Part shown: positions 44,854 through 45,327 of the stretch, one piece after another
Layout of the letters: every line of letters begins with the position of its first letter
Numbering within the stretch: position 1 is the first letter of the stretch
Origin: Guillardia theta CCMP2712
Taxonomy: Eukaryota > Protista > Cryptophyta
Assembly: GCF_000315625.1 (NCBI RefSeq)
Contig: NW_005434416.1
Span: forward strand, 1-45,327
Direction of reading: 5' to 3'
DNA length: 45,327 nucleotides
Translations under genes and position numbers: made by a program
Notes under the pieces: model-generated
Database searches by the model: none
What the model was told of the DNA's origin: nothing
What the model saw: only the letters and a program-made list of their open reading frames with translations

Positions 44854-45310
44854 GCACCATGGCTGCACGCGTGGTGTAGGGGAAGCTGCCAGGGCGCCAA
44901 GGAAGCTGCAAGCGAGAGGTTTGTATACTTGAAATAGCTTTCTAAGTATGGTTCTTCAGTATGATGAAAATGTTCGCAACCTGCTGTATCGGAGATCATG
45001 CCAATACACGCAGAGCGGACTTGTGGATGCCTCTGTCCTCGAAGCTGATCTCGTCGAGAGGGTGAAGAGCTTCGCGAAGCGTTATCCGAACAGCAGGACA
45101 GCCCAGGCTTGCAAGGCTGTGGAGGGATGCACCCCCGACGCTATTGCAGAAGCCATCCGCTCGACATGTCAGCAGGCTCGACGTGACAGTGAGCTTCTGC
45201 AAGAAGCGATGACTGGATGGAGTGACGCATCCAGAGAGTGGTTTATGCAGCAGATTGAAGAAGCCAAGAAGGAGAAGGTCGAGACATACACCGCCTCAGC
45301 AGGCAACGAG
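44854..45310 (+). CDS. Partial spliced hypothetical gene running off the window end
   Basis: Acceptor TTATTTCAG just after the telomeric array, a short exon, then open frame SGLVDASVLEADLVERVKSFAKRYPNSRTAQACK...ASAGNE ending at donor GTGACT. Confidence 0.4.
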
Positions 45311-45327
45311 GTGACTTCCTTCATCTC

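Overview
Eukaryotic, intron-rich nuclear DNA. The TTTAGGG telomeric repeat, many short GT-AG introns and microsatellite-filled introns suggest a cryptophyte such as Guillardia; this is inferred, not proven. The left ~29 kb holds long, SSR-rich spliced genes: GnT-I/MGAT1, an uncharacterised helical protein, a minus-strand coiled-coil gene and a long-chain acyl-CoA synthetase. An accessory block (~8.4-16.2 kb) interrupts them. In it, two small paralogous genes with unusually divergent coding sequence but near-identical 3' flanks bracket a decayed CRE-like (RT + restriction-like endonuclease) non-LTR retrotransposon. The right ~15 kb is compact and more AT-rich. It contains a CK1-like kinase with an atypical catalytic loop, a ubiquitin-AN1 zinc-finger fusion, a gag remnant, an intronless Crinkler/RHS-type NTPase-REase gene with a 54-bp tandem array, a virus-like C2H2 fragment and an internal (TTTAGGG)12 array. 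The most striking unexplained structure is a ~42-nt motif (GATTGTCCTCGTACTGATTTTTAACTTAACTTTGAGTAAAGT). It appears to be the retroelement's 3' terminus and recurs as tiny truncated copies, twice as tail-out inverted pairs at block junctions. This fits RT-templated patching of DNA breaks. Exon boundaries were read by eye and are approximate; no database searches were run.
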